Notes: a model not told the origin generated them from the sequence alone. A DNA stretch of 64,000 bases from an uncultured Latescibacterota bacterium (GCA_951812755.1 OX638329.1:2982522-3046521), one strand, 5' to 3'; shown: positions 37,736-48,472, numbered from the stretch's first letter. Program-made: numbers and translations.

Positions 37736-37760
37736 ATTATTCGCGTTTTTTTCTGCGGAT
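37734..37760. repeat. right half of repeat copy C
   Basis: 'CAGATTATTCGCGTTTTTTTCTGCGGAT' contributes '...IRRKKRE*' and the stop of the sulfatase gene. Confidence 0.5.
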
Positions 37761-39449
37761 CAGCATCACGCGCCGCACATCCATTACCTGTGAATTGGAT
37801 ACGTCAAGGGCGCGCAAGGTCAGGGTTCCTCTACCCGCGTTTAGCTGGATTGTTCCCAGTGTCAATGGCTCGAAATCCTTTACATAAGACTCGCCTCCAC
37901 GCGGATAGCGGTCATCCGCTGCGCCGATTTGTGGTGGGTCGTGTGCGTCGGTTACCTGTCCTTGCACTTTTGTTGCTTGACCTTGCGCGGGGTGAAATGC
38001 CAACTCGACGGTTGATCCCACATCTTCTTCTGGGCAGGTATAATAAACCGCCGCTTCATAATCGCCCGTTGTGCCGACCTCAATATCCCAGGTCATCCGA
38101 TCACCAACTTGTGTCCAGTGCGTAAAATAAGAACAGTTGGGCGCGCCGGCACTGCGCTGGACTGTGCCGTGATGCACCCCGTCTCGTGCGGGCAAGCGAG
38201 TCGTTTTCCAGTAGCCTGTGGCAAAGGGACGGTCGTCGTTGACGGGCAAGACTTCGGCGTGGAATTTTGCTGTTGCATCTGATAATTCCGCATGGACATC
38301 AGGGTATTCTTGCGATACATCTGTTGTCTGTCCACCATCGGCGCCCATATCGTATAACTTGCCCTCTATGTCCAATCGGAATCGCTGATTGCGCGCGCTC
38401 AATTGCGCCCGCTGATGTGACAAGATGATGCGGTCAGACCATTCGACATCTTCGCCCAATAGCAGGGGTTTGAGGCTGCGACCATCCAGCGGCTTTTCAA
38501 CTTTCAGGTCGATATCCGCAAGGTCGGCAAATGTGGGCAATAAATCAATCGCTCCGGCGATTTCTTCAATGACTGTACCAGCCTGGATATGCCCTTTCCA
38601 GCGCATCAAGCCCGCCACGCGCACGCCGCCTTCATCTGTTGATCCTTTTGTGCCTTTCATCCCGCCATTCCAGCGCGCGCCATTGGGACCATTATCTCCA
38701 AAATAAAATACAATGGTATCTTCCGCGATTTCCAACTCATCGAGTTTGTCCAGCAATCGCCCCACGTTCCAATCGATATTTTCGCATAGAGCCAGTGCCG
38801 CCCGCGTGCGTTCTATCTCTTCTTGATTGGGGTTGGTCGCCAGCATCTCAATCGGTTTATCGCGGAATGGATCGTAAAATCGGTCGGGCACCTGAAATGG
38901 GGTGTGCGGGATATTGTAGGGAAGATAACAGAAGAACGGTTGATCCCGTTCGACATTTGCCGCCATAAAATCCATGGCGCGATCTGTACACTCATCGGGT
39001 AAGTATCCCTTTCCTCGCGTGAGTTCGCCATTGTGTTCGAGTTCGGCATCGAAATATTGCCCCCAGTGTCCGGAACAGAACCCAAAAAACTCGTCAAATC
39101 CCCGCGCGTTCGGATGATAGGGATGCTGCGTGCCATTGTGCCACTTGCCATAAGCTCCCGTGGCGTATCCGGCGGCTTTGAACACATCGGCAATGGTTGT
39201 TTCATCGAGGTTCAGTCGTTCGGCGCCGGTGCTTACGCCGTGGACACCGCCGCGCAGATGATAGCGACCCGTCAAAAACTCTGCCCGCGTGGGCGCGCAT
39301 ACCGGGCAGACGTAAAACCGGTCGAATAGGGCGCCATCTCGTGCGAGAGAATCCACATTGGGTGTGTTGAGATTTGTATTGCCGTGTACACTCAAATCGC
39401 CCCAACCCTGATCGTCGGTCAAGATCACGAGAATATTTGGTCTGGTCAT
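37737..39449 (-). CDS. sulfatase
   Basis: '[15 protein letters not shown]' formylglycine motif; 'LTDDQGWGD' N-terminus; ~150-aa C-terminal extension. Confidence 0.85.
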   Translation of the reverse strand: MTRPNILVILTDDQGWGDLSVHGNTNLNTPNVDSLARDGALFDRFYVCPVCAPTRAEFLTGRYHLRGGVHGVSTGAERLNLDETTIADVFKAAGYATGAYGKWHNGTQHPYHPNARGFDEFFGFCSGHWGQYFDAELEHNGELTRGKGYLPDECTDRAMDFMAANVERDQPFFCYLPYNIPHTPFQVPDRFYDPFRDKPIEMLATNPNQEEIERTRAALALCENIDWNVGRLLDKLDELEIAEDTIVFYFGDNGPNGARWNGGMKGTKGSTDEGGVRVAGLMRWKGHIQAGTVIEEIAGAIDLLPTFADLADIDLKVEKPLDGRSLKPLLLGEDVEWSDRIILSHQRAQLSARNQRFRLDIEGKLYDMGADGGQTTDVSQEYPDVHAELSDATAKFHAEVLPVNDDRPFATGYWKTTRLPARDGVHHGTVQRSAGAPNCSYFTHWTQVGDRMTWDIEVGTTGDYEAAVYYTCPEEDVGSTVELAFHPAQGQATKVQGQVTDAHDPPQIGAADDRYPRGGESYVKDFEPLTLGTIQLNAGRGTLTLRALDVSNSQVMDVRRVMLIRRKKRE

Positions 39450-40795
39450 TGGGTCTCCTTTTTTAAGGCGTCATATTCCGGATTCACACACTGATCTCCC
39501 CGCTGTTCCAGCACCAACCGCAAGCCGATTTCGGGTTCGGGATATTGGCCCTGGTCATCGGTCTGTGCAATCCACTGTGTTAGAATATCGCGGTGGTATT
39601 GCAAGGCTTCGGCATGGTCTGGGTCATCTACGAGGTTGTTCACCTCATCGGGGTCGGCGTCACAATCGTAAAATTCTTCTGCGATGCGTTCTTCTGCCCA
39701 GAAAAATGCCTGCTCGGGCGTCAGTTCGCCGTTGGCGTTCATGGTTCGCAGCAGTTCCATATAATCCGATCCATCGCGGTACTGTGCCTGCATAAAGGGA
39801 CGATCGGTCATAAAGTTGCGCACATAGCGATACCGCTGGGTACGCACCGTGCGCATGCGATCTATTGTGAAATCACAGCGGTCTTTTGCGGCAATTACAT
39901 AGTCGCGTTCGACAAAATGTTCGCCAAACAGATTTTGGCCTTCCATGTAATCGGGTACACCGAGGCCAGCGAGCGCGAGTGAGGTGGGACCGATGTCAAT
40001 GCCGCTGACGAGGTCGGAGCGCACGTTTCCGGGTGTTACGATATCTGTATTGCCCTGCCAGGAAATCATCAATGGGATTTTGTGCCCGCCTTCGTAAATA
40101 AATTGCTTGTGCCGCGGCAACCGCATCCCGTGATCGCTAAATAAAAATATAATCGTATTTTCGCGCAATCCATCTTCTTTCAGTCGCTCCAAAATCCATC
40201 CCACCTGTCGGTCTGTGTGCGAGATACAATCGTAGTGCAGGGCAATTTCTCTGCGGATGATTTCGTGGTCGGGATAGAACGATGGCACGGGTACCGAGGC
40301 GGGATCGATGCCCGGACCTTTGAGCAATCCAATGCTTTTGCCACCTCGAAGCTGAATTTGTCCGAAGAACGGTTGGTCAGGGGGACATCCGGACCAATCG
40401 CTTCCATCTTTTGCCCCTTTGAAATCCATGCTCCCATGGTGGTTAAATAAAACATCTAAATCAAAGACAAAATTGTAATGCGTTTTGCCCTCGTTAAATG
40501 TGTAATATCCGGCGTCTCGAAAATACTCGGGTATTGTTTTTATCCCTTCGGGTAAAATGGGGTATGAACTGTTGTGGTTGTGCGCGCCTATGGTGGTTTG
40601 ATACATCCCGGTAATCGTTGCCGAGCGCGAAGGCGAGCACACGCCAGAGGTTTGATATGCCCGATCAAATTTTACGCCCGAAGCAGCGAGCGCGTCTATA
40701 TTGGGCGTTTGTATGGTCTGGTCGCCGTAACAACTCATCCACGGGTTCATATCTTCGAGAAAAAGCCAGAGAACATTCGGACGGGGGTTCGACAT
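39446..40795 (-). CDS. sulfatase
   Basis: '[11 protein letters not shown]' motif; 4-bp overlap with the downstream sulfatase. Confidence 0.85.
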   Translation of the reverse strand: MSNPRPNVLWLFLEDMNPWMSCYGDQTIQTPNIDALAASGVKFDRAYQTSGVCSPSRSATITGMYQTTIGAHNHNSSYPILPEGIKTIPEYFRDAGYYTFNEGKTHYNFVFDLDVLFNHHGSMDFKGAKDGSDWSGCPPDQPFFGQIQLRGGKSIGLLKGPGIDPASVPVPSFYPDHEIIRREIALHYDCISHTDRQVGWILERLKEDGLRENTIIFLFSDHGMRLPRHKQFIYEGGHKIPLMISWQGNTDIVTPGNVRSDLVSGIDIGPTSLALAGLGVPDYMEGQNLFGEHFVERDYVIAAKDRCDFTIDRMRTVRTQRYRYVRNFMTDRPFMQAQYRDGSDYMELLRTMNANGELTPEQAFFWAEERIAEEFYDCDADPDEVNNLVDDPDHAEALQYHRDILTQWIAQTDDQGQYPEPEIGLRLVLEQRGDQCVNPEYDALKKETQ

Positions 40796-40813
40796 TTTTT
40801 ACTCCTTTCAGTT

Positions 40814-41776
40814 TTACTCAGTTCGATAATTGAGCTTGAGCCATTCTGGTGGGCCGTATAGCAGTGGTTTTTCGTTCCAGGTAAATAGCGGTTCTATGTC
40901 TCGCAAAATATCGTCGAGGGCTTCGTGATCGTACGCATCTTGAGTTGGGAAACGGGTTGTCAAGCGGCTGTGCGCGCTCTTGATTACCTGGCGGCGGCGC
41001 AGTATTTCGGGATAATTGGTGCCTTTTAATGTTTCGAGCGCGAATAGGGGAGCCATGATGCCATATACCCGTTTTGCCTCTTTCAAATCTCCAGCTTCCA
41101 GGGCATTCCACAGGCGCACCACGACATCTGTTATGTGACAGCCGGGCATTTGTCCGGCCACGCCGCGCGGATGTTCGAGCAGTAAATAGCGGCCACTGGC
41201 GCCACCAAATACGCCCTTCAATTTTGGCCCGGCCTGTTCGATTAAGCCCGTAGCCATGTGCGTTGGAGGGAAGACCTCTTCCTTGACGTATTCTATGTGT
41301 TCTACTTCATTGATCAAGCGCACCACTGTGTCGATTGATAGCTCGCTACCCCGCGTGTGATTTTGTATAAAAATTGGCATATCCACTTCGCGGTCTATTG
41401 CTTGATAATAGTGTACCATCGCATCTTCGTCTTCAATTGGCTCTATATAAGGGGCCATTGCTATGACGCCATCGGCTTCCAGTGCTTGCGCGTGGCGCGC
41501 GAACATCGTCGCGTGGTTACTACTCGCCCCCTGAACGCCGAGAATGACGGGAATGCGTCCGGCGGTGTGTTCTACGACCATCTGCATCCCGTGCATGCGT
41601 TCCCGGTCGGTCAATACGGGAAAACTACTGGCATTTACGGGCCAGACAATTCCGTGCGCGCCACAGGTGATACAAAAATCCAGCACGCGTTTGAGGTCGC
41701 CCCAATCGACATCTCCATTTTGCTTAAAAGGCGTTGAGGGAATGGTGAATACCCCGCGAAATGTATCAGAACTCAT
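40814..41776 (-). CDS. dihydrodipicolinate synthase / N-acetylneuraminate lyase family protein
   Basis: TIM-barrel DapA-like; start ATG 41776 with AGGAGA RBS; upstream extension rejected (terminator inside). Confidence 0.75.
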   Translation of the reverse strand: MSSDTFRGVFTIPSTPFKQNGDVDWGDLKRVLDFCITCGAHGIVWPVNASSFPVLTDRERMHGMQMVVEHTAGRIPVILGVQGASSNHATMFARHAQALEADGVIAMAPYIEPIEDEDAMVHYYQAIDREVDMPIFIQNHTRGSELSIDTVVRLINEVEHIEYVKEEVFPPTHMATGLIEQAGPKLKGVFGGASGRYLLLEHPRGVAGQMPGCHITDVVVRLWNALEAGDLKEAKRVYGIMAPLFALETLKGTNYPEILRRRQVIKSAHSRLTTRFPTQDAYDHEALDDILRDIEPLFTWNEKPLLYGPPEWLKLNYRTE

Positions 41777-41852
41777 GTTGTCTCCTTTTTTAAACACTAT
41801 TGCAGAACAATATGCAGAAATAGAAAATAAGTTATGAAATTTTATCTCCAAA

Positions 41853-41889
41853 CAAAAAATCCCGCCATTGCTTTGTACAAGAGCGGGAT
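41853..41889 (-). terminator. rho-independent terminator after the AAA+ gene
   Basis: On the minus strand, stem ATCCCGC/GCGGGAT followed by TTTTTTG. Confidence 0.4.
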
Positions 41890-41909
41890 ATCATTCCAAT
41901 TTCTCAACT

Positions 41910-41935
41910 GTTTCTATCCGATGTTTCTATCCGAT
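41910..41935. repeat. tandem duplication GTTTCTATCCGAT x2 spanning the AAA+ gene stop
   Basis: Two exact 13-bp copies at 41910-41922 and 41923-41935. Confidence 0.5.
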
Positions 41936-42790
41936 CAACTCGGGCAAATGCGCGGGCAGCAACTCATCGCCGTCACAGTTCACGACGGCCTCATCGATCA
42001 CTCGGCAGAGTTCGGCGGCATTCCTCGGCCAATGATACGCGCCCAACTTTTCCAAAACCCCATTGGAAATCCTCGGAACACTTCGACCATCTCGCTCCGC
42101 ACGTCCTTCAGCGAAATATTGCGCCAGAACGGGGATATCCTCTTTCTGATCTCTCAGCGTATGTGTTTCAACCACGCATACTCGGAGTTGATCGTATAAA
42201 TCTGCGCGAAATCTTCCGGCTTTCACTTCTTTGCTCAAGTCCCGATTTGTAGCCACCATGATGCGAACATCTGCATACACAGGCTGTACCCCGTTCACGC
42301 GGGTATAATAGCCATCGGTCAAATAACTGTGCAAACGATATTGCGTTTCTGGTGCCATGATATTTACCGCATCCAAAAACACCGTACCACCCTGCGCCAG
42401 TTCCAGCAAGCCGCGCTTGGCAATGCCCAAAAACCCGCCATCTTCTACTCCGAAAATCTCTGCTTCATTGTGTTCAACAGATATTTCACAAAAATGTTCT
42501 AAAAACGGATGGTCTGCACGCCGGCTAAATGAATGAATGCTTTTTGCTGTATATGCTTTCCCTGTGCCGGTTTCTCCATAGATAAGCACGGGGGAGGCTG
42601 TACGCGCGACTTCCCGAACCCGCGCTCGCAACTGTTTGGCAGCCTCGCTCTCTCCCACAATCTCCATCTTCGGAATATGCCCACCCACTGTTCTTTGAGG
42701 CGCGAGTGCATCCAGCATGGCCTCGGCTTCTTCGACGTTTACTTTGTCTTCCTGTAACATCGTCAACACCTTGCGTCTATTTGCAGACAT
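41927..42790 (-). CDS. sigma-54-interaction-domain AAA+ ATPase lacking a C-terminal DNA-binding domain
   Basis: Walker A 'GETGTGKAY', Walker B 'GTVFLDAV'; GAFTGA position reads 'GGFLGIAKRG'; ends after the AAA+ lid; AGGAGG RBS. Confidence 0.65.
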   Translation of the reverse strand: MSANRRKVLTMLQEDKVNVEEAEAMLDALAPQRTVGGHIPKMEIVGESEAAKQLRARVREVARTASPVLIYGETGTGKAYTAKSIHSFSRRADHPFLEHFCEISVEHNEAEIFGVEDGGFLGIAKRGLLELAQGGTVFLDAVNIMAPETQYRLHSYLTDGYYTRVNGVQPVYADVRIMVATNRDLSKEVKAGRFRADLYDQLRVCVVETHTLRDQKEDIPVLAQYFAEGRAERDGRSVPRISNGVLEKLGAYHWPRNAAELCRVIDEAVVNCDGDELLPAHLPELIG

Positions 42791-42886
42791 ACGAACCTCC
42801 TGTTAAAGACTTAAAAGCAACCACCGATGAACACAGAGGAAAAGGCGAATAGGCAACGATCAGTTTTCAGTAGTCAGCATACTGTC

Positions 42887-43246
42887 CTATAATCCCCGCA
42901 ACTGTGCAATCGCCTCCTGGGGGCTTAATTCGCCGCAATCTACGGCATCCAAAATTGTTCGCTGATTCAGGCGTTTCTCCACGGCGGGATACCCGAGGGC
43001 CTGCACGACCTCTTCCAGTCGCTTGCGCACAGTGGGATACGAAATCTTCAGTTCTTTTTCCATTTCTTTGATATTGCCTCGGGCGAGCAAAAATGCCTCA
43101 ATAAACTGTTGATGTGCATCCGTTAGCAGTGCCAAACGCGATACGGGCAATTCGCCCTCCACGACAATGTGACAGGATGAACACCGCAGCTTAACAGGCT
43201 CCATCGTGCCATTGCACACTGGACAATGGGGTATTGAACGTCTCAT
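42887..43246 (-). CDS. DUF2089-like zinc-ribbon/HTH protein, tentative
   Basis: 'CPVCNGTM...CSSCH' zinc ribbon then a helical HTH-like region; AGGAGG RBS; start set to internal Met 43246. Confidence 0.45.
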   Translation of the reverse strand: MRRSIPHCPVCNGTMEPVKLRCSSCHIVVEGELPVSRLALLTDAHQQFIEAFLLARGNIKEMEKELKISYPTVRKRLEEVVQALGYPAVEKRLNQRTILDAVDCGELSPQEAIAQLRGL

Positions 43247-43406
43247 AATACCTCCTTTCAATATGTTATTTTAAAAAATATGACTAATAAATTCAAATAT
43301 GTCAATAATAAAAATAACTATATATGCAAAAATGTTATTATAATTTAAAATATCGTATATTTATGTTTCAAAAATTAAGTGCAAATCCCGTCTCGTTGGA
43401 CAATAT

Positions 43407-43477
43407 TGGGCGTAAATTATGGTTGTTTATTCCAAAATTTGGCGTAAATTATGGAATTAAAGTCCATATTTTACGCC
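43407..43477. promoter_or_regulatory. three copies of a 14-bp motif GGCGTAAATTATGG (two direct, one inverted), candidate regulator site
   Basis: Copies at 43409-43422, 43441-43454 and inverted CCATATTTTACGCC at 43464-43477, in the divergent region before the ATPase gene. Confidence 0.4.
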
Positions 43478-43492
43478 GAAAGAGGTGGTCAT

Positions 43493-44746
43493 GTGAAAAA
43501 TAGAACCCTATTTTCTTTTATAAAACAAAAATCCGCCTCCAGATTGGGGCGGCTCATTGCTTTGACAGGTGCGCGACAAACGGGCAAGACCACACTGGTA
43601 CAAACGGGATTTTCCGACTATTCATACATTTCTCTCGATGATCCGATCACTCGTCCGGATTTTACAGCACTTTCGGCTGCACAGTGGTATCAACAGTATC
43701 CAAATGTCATTCTGGACGAAGTGCAAAAAGCACCTGCGATTATAGAGTCTATCAAAGCCGTTTACGATCAGTATCCCGATGCTCGCAGTATCTTACTCGG
43801 TTCCAGCCAAATCTTGTTAATGGAACAGATCCGCGAAAGTTTGGCCGGGCGTATCTCCCTTATTGAACTGTATCCTCTCACATTGCCGGAAATGCTGACA
43901 GATTCCTGGGATGACACCATTGTGGATTCCAGATTTATCCATTTTCTTAAAACAGGTGAACGCGATATTTTGTATTCGGGTATGCCACTCCAGAGCGAAC
44001 GCTATGCACAAGTGGCACATCACCTGGCACATTATATGAATTTTGGTGCTATGCCAGCCGTCGTTGATCCCTTGCTTACCATCCCTGATAAATACGATTG
44101 GTTGCACGACTATATCCAAACCTATCTTCAGTGCGACTTGCGCGATCTCGCCAATTTGCGCGATCTCACTCCGTTTGCTCGCATGCAACGCGCATTGGCG
44201 GGGCTGACTGGCGTATTGCTCAATATGAATGAATTGGCTCAACTTACCGGCGTCACATCCAAGACTGTCAAACGCTTTATCTCATATCTCGAAATAAGCT
44301 ACCAGGTCATATTGTTACAACCGTGGTTTCGCAATCTGAACAAACGTCTGTCCAAAGCGCCAAAAGTTCATTTTCTCGATCCTGGCATCCAGCGTGCGTT
44401 ACTCAATCGACGCGGTCAACCCACAGGCCATGAATTTGAAAGTGCTATTATTGCTGAAATTTACAAACAAATTCAAAATAGCCGGTTGCCCATTGATTGT
44501 TATCATCTGCGCACGGCAGATGGACGCGAAGTCGATTTGCTGCTCGAAACTGAACGGGGCTTTGTGCCTATCGAAATAAAAATGGCGGAACGCATTTCTT
44601 TTACAGACGCCCGCCATTTGCGCAAACTCGACGAAATTTTAGACAAACCCATTCTGCAGGGACTGGTGCTCTCCAATGACCCTCGCATTCACGATCTGGG
44701 CAATGACATTGTGGCACTACCTGTGGGTTGGGCACTTGGCGCGTAA
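43493..44746 (+). CDS. AAA-type ATPase with DUF4143-like C-terminal domain
   Basis: Walker A 'GARQTGKTTL'; start set to GTG 43493 because the motif array covers ATG 43451. Confidence 0.65.
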   Translation: MKNRTLFSFIKQKSASRLGRLIALTGARQTGKTTLVQTGFSDYSYISLDDPITRPDFTALSAAQWYQQYPNVILDEVQKAPAIIESIKAVYDQYPDARSILLGSSQILLMEQIRESLAGRISLIELYPLTLPEMLTDSWDDTIVDSRFIHFLKTGERDILYSGMPLQSERYAQVAHHLAHYMNFGAMPAVVDPLLTIPDKYDWLHDYIQTYLQCDLRDLANLRDLTPFARMQRALAGLTGVLLNMNELAQLTGVTSKTVKRFISYLEISYQVILLQPWFRNLNKRLSKAPKVHFLDPGIQRALLNRRGQPTGHEFESAIIAEIYKQIQNSRLPIDCYHLRTADGREVDLLLETERGFVPIEIKMAERISFTDARHLRKLDEILDKPILQGLVLSNDPRIHDLGNDIVALPVGWALGA

Positions 44747-44795
44747 TGAACGCAACCCAAAAGCCCCCCGGTGATGTACTCAACGAGGGGCTTTT

Positions 44796-46094
44796 TCAAT
44801 TGTCGCGAAGGATATAGAGTCTCAAGTCGCTCGGCGGTGGGATTTTTTCTCTGGGTCTGTCGCGATTGCGATCCAGTGTTTCCCAGCGCAAGACGTATTG
44901 TTCGCCGGATCGTGTTCCCTTGCCGCGAGCACCGCGCAGGTTGATGGTCATGCCCGGATAATCAGATGTCACTTGCTCCAATTCATCGGGGATCTCGTTA
45001 TCGGGTAGTGGGTATGTCCCGATCACTTGCAGGGTCTTAGGATGCAATTTCCAGATTCCCTGGCCTTCTTTTATATGCCAGTAACTCAGGCTGAGATGCC
45101 CATCGGCTTCTGCTTTGACACCGCCCAATCGTATTTCTGCACCGATAGAGCCTCCGCCTCCAAACTCCCACCGATAAGTCCAATCACTCACCTTGTAAAA
45201 TATCCACTCGCCGTTTTCCAAACGCGCACAATAGGCTTGTGTATATCCATTTTCGTCGTGTTTATGATAGCTGATCACGGCGCGCTTCTGGTCGTCAAAG
45301 CCCAGGGATTGCGTCATATTGATCAATCCCCCTCCTGGGGGCACGGGATCGACGGTGGCACCGCTTTCGATTGTAATTGGCAAAATTAGTGTGTCGCCGC
45401 CGCCTGTTTTCCAGGACAGGAGGTCTGGACTGCAGGCATAAGAAATACTGTGATTGGTTGCACAATCGGGTGTATCGCGCCAGATCCAGACCATGTGATA
45501 ATTCCCATCCGGCCCTTTTTCGGGCATGCGCGCATAGGCATTCATGCGGTCGAGCCCATCGAGCAATGGCGTACTGTGCATCCGGTGCCATGTTTTTGTC
45601 TGGACATCATACACATTGTAAAAATCAACCCCATTGCCACTACTGCCGTCTCGATATCGGAAAATCAATTCATTATTGGGACCGCGCATAAACACGGGGT
45701 AGGTACAGCGATCCTCATTTTTCCCCACCATAGAAGCGATGCGTTCAAAACTCGTGACATCGAGTGGGCGCGTTGTGCGAAAATAAATCAAGGGATCCAC
45801 ATGCATATTGCCGCACAAATGAATATGGCCATCGTCGTCGATGGCCATGGTCAGTGAATTGTGACTGTCCCATCCGATCTCCGAAGACAGCCGCCCCCGA
45901 TCTTCCAGCCATACACCTTCGGGATGTGCAAATGTCCATGTGTTTTCATTTAGCTTTCGCATTCCGACGGTTATTTTGCGCTCGGCATTGTAAAACGCGA
46001 TAAACTGCACATCGCCGTGGCTCAACAGATCAAACCCGACGGGATGACCAGACCAGACCGTTGCGACAAATAGCGAACTGTAAACGGAACCCAT
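44796..46094 (-). CDS. BNR/sialidase-like beta-propeller protein (possibly BNR-4 family)
   Basis: 432 aa with recurring W/Y-rich strand segments; family assignment from memory. Confidence 0.3.
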   Translation of the reverse strand: MGSVYSSLFVATVWSGHPVGFDLLSHGDVQFIAFYNAERKITVGMRKLNENTWTFAHPEGVWLEDRGRLSSEIGWDSHNSLTMAIDDDGHIHLCGNMHVDPLIYFRTTRPLDVTSFERIASMVGKNEDRCTYPVFMRGPNNELIFRYRDGSSGNGVDFYNVYDVQTKTWHRMHSTPLLDGLDRMNAYARMPEKGPDGNYHMVWIWRDTPDCATNHSISYACSPDLLSWKTGGGDTLILPITIESGATVDPVPPGGGLINMTQSLGFDDQKRAVISYHKHDENGYTQAYCARLENGEWIFYKVSDWTYRWEFGGGGSIGAEIRLGGVKAEADGHLSLSYWHIKEGQGIWKLHPKTLQVIGTYPLPDNEIPDELEQVTSDYPGMTINLRGARGKGTRSGEQYVLRWETLDRNRDRPREKIPPPSDLRLYILRDN

Positions 46095-46112
46095 AGTTTA
46101 TCCTCTGATTCG

Positions 46113-47039
46113 TTAAAACAAAGAGCGCGTTCTTTGATCAAAGATGTAGTGTTTGGGATTTTCCGACTTGCCATTTTTGATGACTGAGTAGTGGAGATGT
46201 GGTGCTGTTGAGCGTCCTGTTCTGCCCATTTCTCCGATTTTTTCACCGCGTTTGACGCGAGTTCCGAGCTTGACATGTGGCTTTCTGTTCAGGTGTCCAT
46301 ACAGAGTTTGCAGGCCATAGCCGTGGTTGATCCTCACATACCATCCCAAACGATTATTATAATCAATTTTATCTATTTTTCCATCGGCTGCAGCGATAAT
46401 GGGCGTGCCCCTGCGACCGGGATAATCGATGCCAGAGTGAAATTGTCTGCGCCCGGTGAATGGATCGCGACGGATGCCAAAACCCGATGATATTCTCGGA
46501 TTGTCCATCCGCACGGGGGTAATTGAAGGTATGTGCTGACGCATTTGGATGTCTTTGCTGAGCACCGCCAAAATCGTATCAAAACTGGTTTTCAAAAAGT
46601 GCGCTTCTCGCAAGAGCTGATCCATATTGATGCGGTTATCGGCCAGAAGGCCTGAGACGCGGTCTGGAACAGCGTTTTCCCATTCTGGCGGCATCGCTTC
46701 GCCGCCCCCCACACCTATTTGACGCACTTCGTCACTCGGTTCTGACAGGTCAACCCATGCGCGCATGATGCGATCTTTTTCCTGCAGCTGATCCATGTTG
46801 TGGCGCATGTTTTTCAGTTCTTCTTGAATTAAGGCAAATTCACGTTGAAGTGCGGTGTTTTCCTCCTTGAGTTCGGCGAGTCTTTCCCGCTTTCCCATTG
46901 TGGCAACATAGCCGAGTGAGAGCAATAGAAGCAGGCATAATGTACTTATAACACCGATAAATTTCGGTTTTGAGAGATGGTACTCTTTGATATAACCTTC
47001 ATTGTGGGAGATAAACATTAAAGTCAAATATTTTTTCAT
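46113..47039 (-). CDS. M23 family metallopeptidase
   Basis: 'HSGIDYPG...G', 'HGYGLQTLYGHL', 'GRTGRSTAPHLHYSV' LytM-type motifs; N-terminal TM and coiled coil. Confidence 0.8.
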   Translation of the reverse strand: MKKYLTLMFISHNEGYIKEYHLSKPKFIGVISTLCLLLLLSLGYVATMGKRERLAELKEENTALQREFALIQEELKNMRHNMDQLQEKDRIMRAWVDLSEPSDEVRQIGVGGGEAMPPEWENAVPDRVSGLLADNRINMDQLLREAHFLKTSFDTILAVLSKDIQMRQHIPSITPVRMDNPRISSGFGIRRDPFTGRRQFHSGIDYPGRRGTPIIAAADGKIDKIDYNNRLGWYVRINHGYGLQTLYGHLNRKPHVKLGTRVKRGEKIGEMGRTGRSTAPHLHYSVIKNGKSENPKHYIFDQRTRSLF

Positions 47040-47116
47040 ACAATAAATCCAGGTAAAGATGAGAGTGGCTTGTCTGCATTTAGAAGTGAGCAATATAAAA
47101 CTTTTTGGTCATTTTA

Positions 47117-48472
47117 TCAAGCTCTGACTGTTCCCCAGTTTTTCAGGAAGGCGAAGGCTTCGTCGCGCACGGCCTGGCGCAATTTGGGAATATCGTCGCA
47201 GAAGATACGCACCACTTTGGCCTGTGCTTCAAAGTTGTCGAGCAGATAATTTTTGAGCAAAGAGACTTCCGGGTCATCAAAGCTCATGGGTTCTGGTTTT
47301 TCTACGGGGATATGGGCGTCAAAAAAGACTTTGAGATCTACTTCGGGGCTTTTGTCAAATTGGAGAATATCGAGGAGTATTTCATTGCCACAGAGATTTA
47401 GTTTGAACTTTGAGGAAAGATGGGCGCAAAAGGCCATTTCGAGTTCTCGTCGCTGATCGGGCGCATTATAGAGGCAGCGAAATAAATTTCTGAGGTTTTG
47501 CGCGTATTCATGGGGAAAGAATATGCGGGCAACTTTGAAGAGTTTGCGTCTTTTGAGACGACCAATCAGGCTGGTTCGGTAGGAAATCCCGAGTTCGGTG
47601 TGTTCTTTTTCGAGGCGGTGAAGCAGGTCAGATTCGGTGGCGCGGTCAAAGTCATTTTCTATCAGCGAACAGTTGGGATGCGCCAAAAGGTCCTGTATCC
47701 CGCGCTTGAACATGGCATTGGCTGAGCGAACTGCGTGGTGCCAATAGACATTGCGATACATCAGATAACTGGTAAAGATGAGTGCTTCAGTCGCAGATAC
47801 GCCTTTGTAAGTGATGGCCGGTTGTTGTGTCGCGTGATGATATGTAATTGAGGATAGGAGCCGGTCTCTGTTCACGCTCTCGCCGAATGGGACACCGCAG
47901 TAGCGCGCGTCGCGCAGAAGATAGTCGATTTTGTCGGGGTCGAGCGTACCACTGAGAATGTGGGCAAGGCGCGTATCGCGGTCGGGGATAGTGCGCTGCT
48001 GGTAATCGATAACATTTGCAACGCGCTGAGGATCAATGCCCACTTTGAGAAGCGCGGCGTGAACTTCTGTACCTGGATCTTCAATGATATAGCGCCCCCG
48101 CGTTTCATGGTTAATAAAAAACATCTGCATTTCTTCGAGCAGATGCGAAAAGGGATAATGGCCGATGTCGTGCAACAAACTCGCTGCGAGAAGCACGCGC
48201 ACGTCATCGATATCGATATTGGGAGGGGGTTGGGTTTTGAGCAATTGCTTGAGGAAATGGCCCGCAATGTGAAACACACCTAAAGCGTGTTCAAAACGCG
48301 AGTGGCGCGCTCCGGGATACACGAGCAAAACGTGCCCGAGTTGCGATATATCGCGAAGGCGTTGAAATTCTTCGGCATCAACGAGGGGTAAAAAATCGGG
48401 CGGTATGTGGATATAGCCCCAAATGGGATCCCGGATCGCTTTGCCTTCTTCGAGAAAACGTAAATCAATCAT
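47117..48472 (-). CDS. HD-domain phosphohydrolase (dGTPase / SAMHD1-like)
   Basis: 'RFEHALGV', 'HDIGHYPFSH', 'DYLLRDARYCG' HD motifs. Confidence 0.7.
   Translation of the reverse strand: MIDLRFLEEGKAIRDPIWGYIHIPPDFLPLVDAEEFQRLRDISQLGHVLLVYPGARHSRFEHALGVFHIAGHFLKQLLKTQPPPNIDIDDVRVLLAASLLHDIGHYPFSHLLEEMQMFFINHETRGRYIIEDPGTEVHAALLKVGIDPQRVANVIDYQQRTIPDRDTRLAHILSGTLDPDKIDYLLRDARYCGVPFGESVNRDRLLSSITYHHATQQPAITYKGVSATEALIFTSYLMYRNVYWHHAVRSANAMFKRGIQDLLAHPNCSLIENDFDRATESDLLHRLEKEHTELGISYRTSLIGRLKRRKLFKVARIFFPHEYAQNLRNLFRCLYNAPDQRRELEMAFCAHLSSKFKLNLCGNEILLDILQFDKSPEVDLKVFFDAHIPVEKPEPMSFDDPEVSLLKNYLLDNFEAQAKVVRIFCDDIPKLRQAVRDEAFAFLKNWGTVRA

Noticed and set aside
41777-41851. N-terminal extension of the DapA-family ORF
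   Set aside because: Region contains a terminator hairpin and the tandem 13-bp duplication; ATG 41776 has a strong AGGAGA RBS.
43407-43454. Possible sigma54 (-24/-12) promoter in the GGCGTAAATTATGG repeats
   Set aside because: No TGGCAC-N5-TTGC spacing; better explained as repeated regulator sites.
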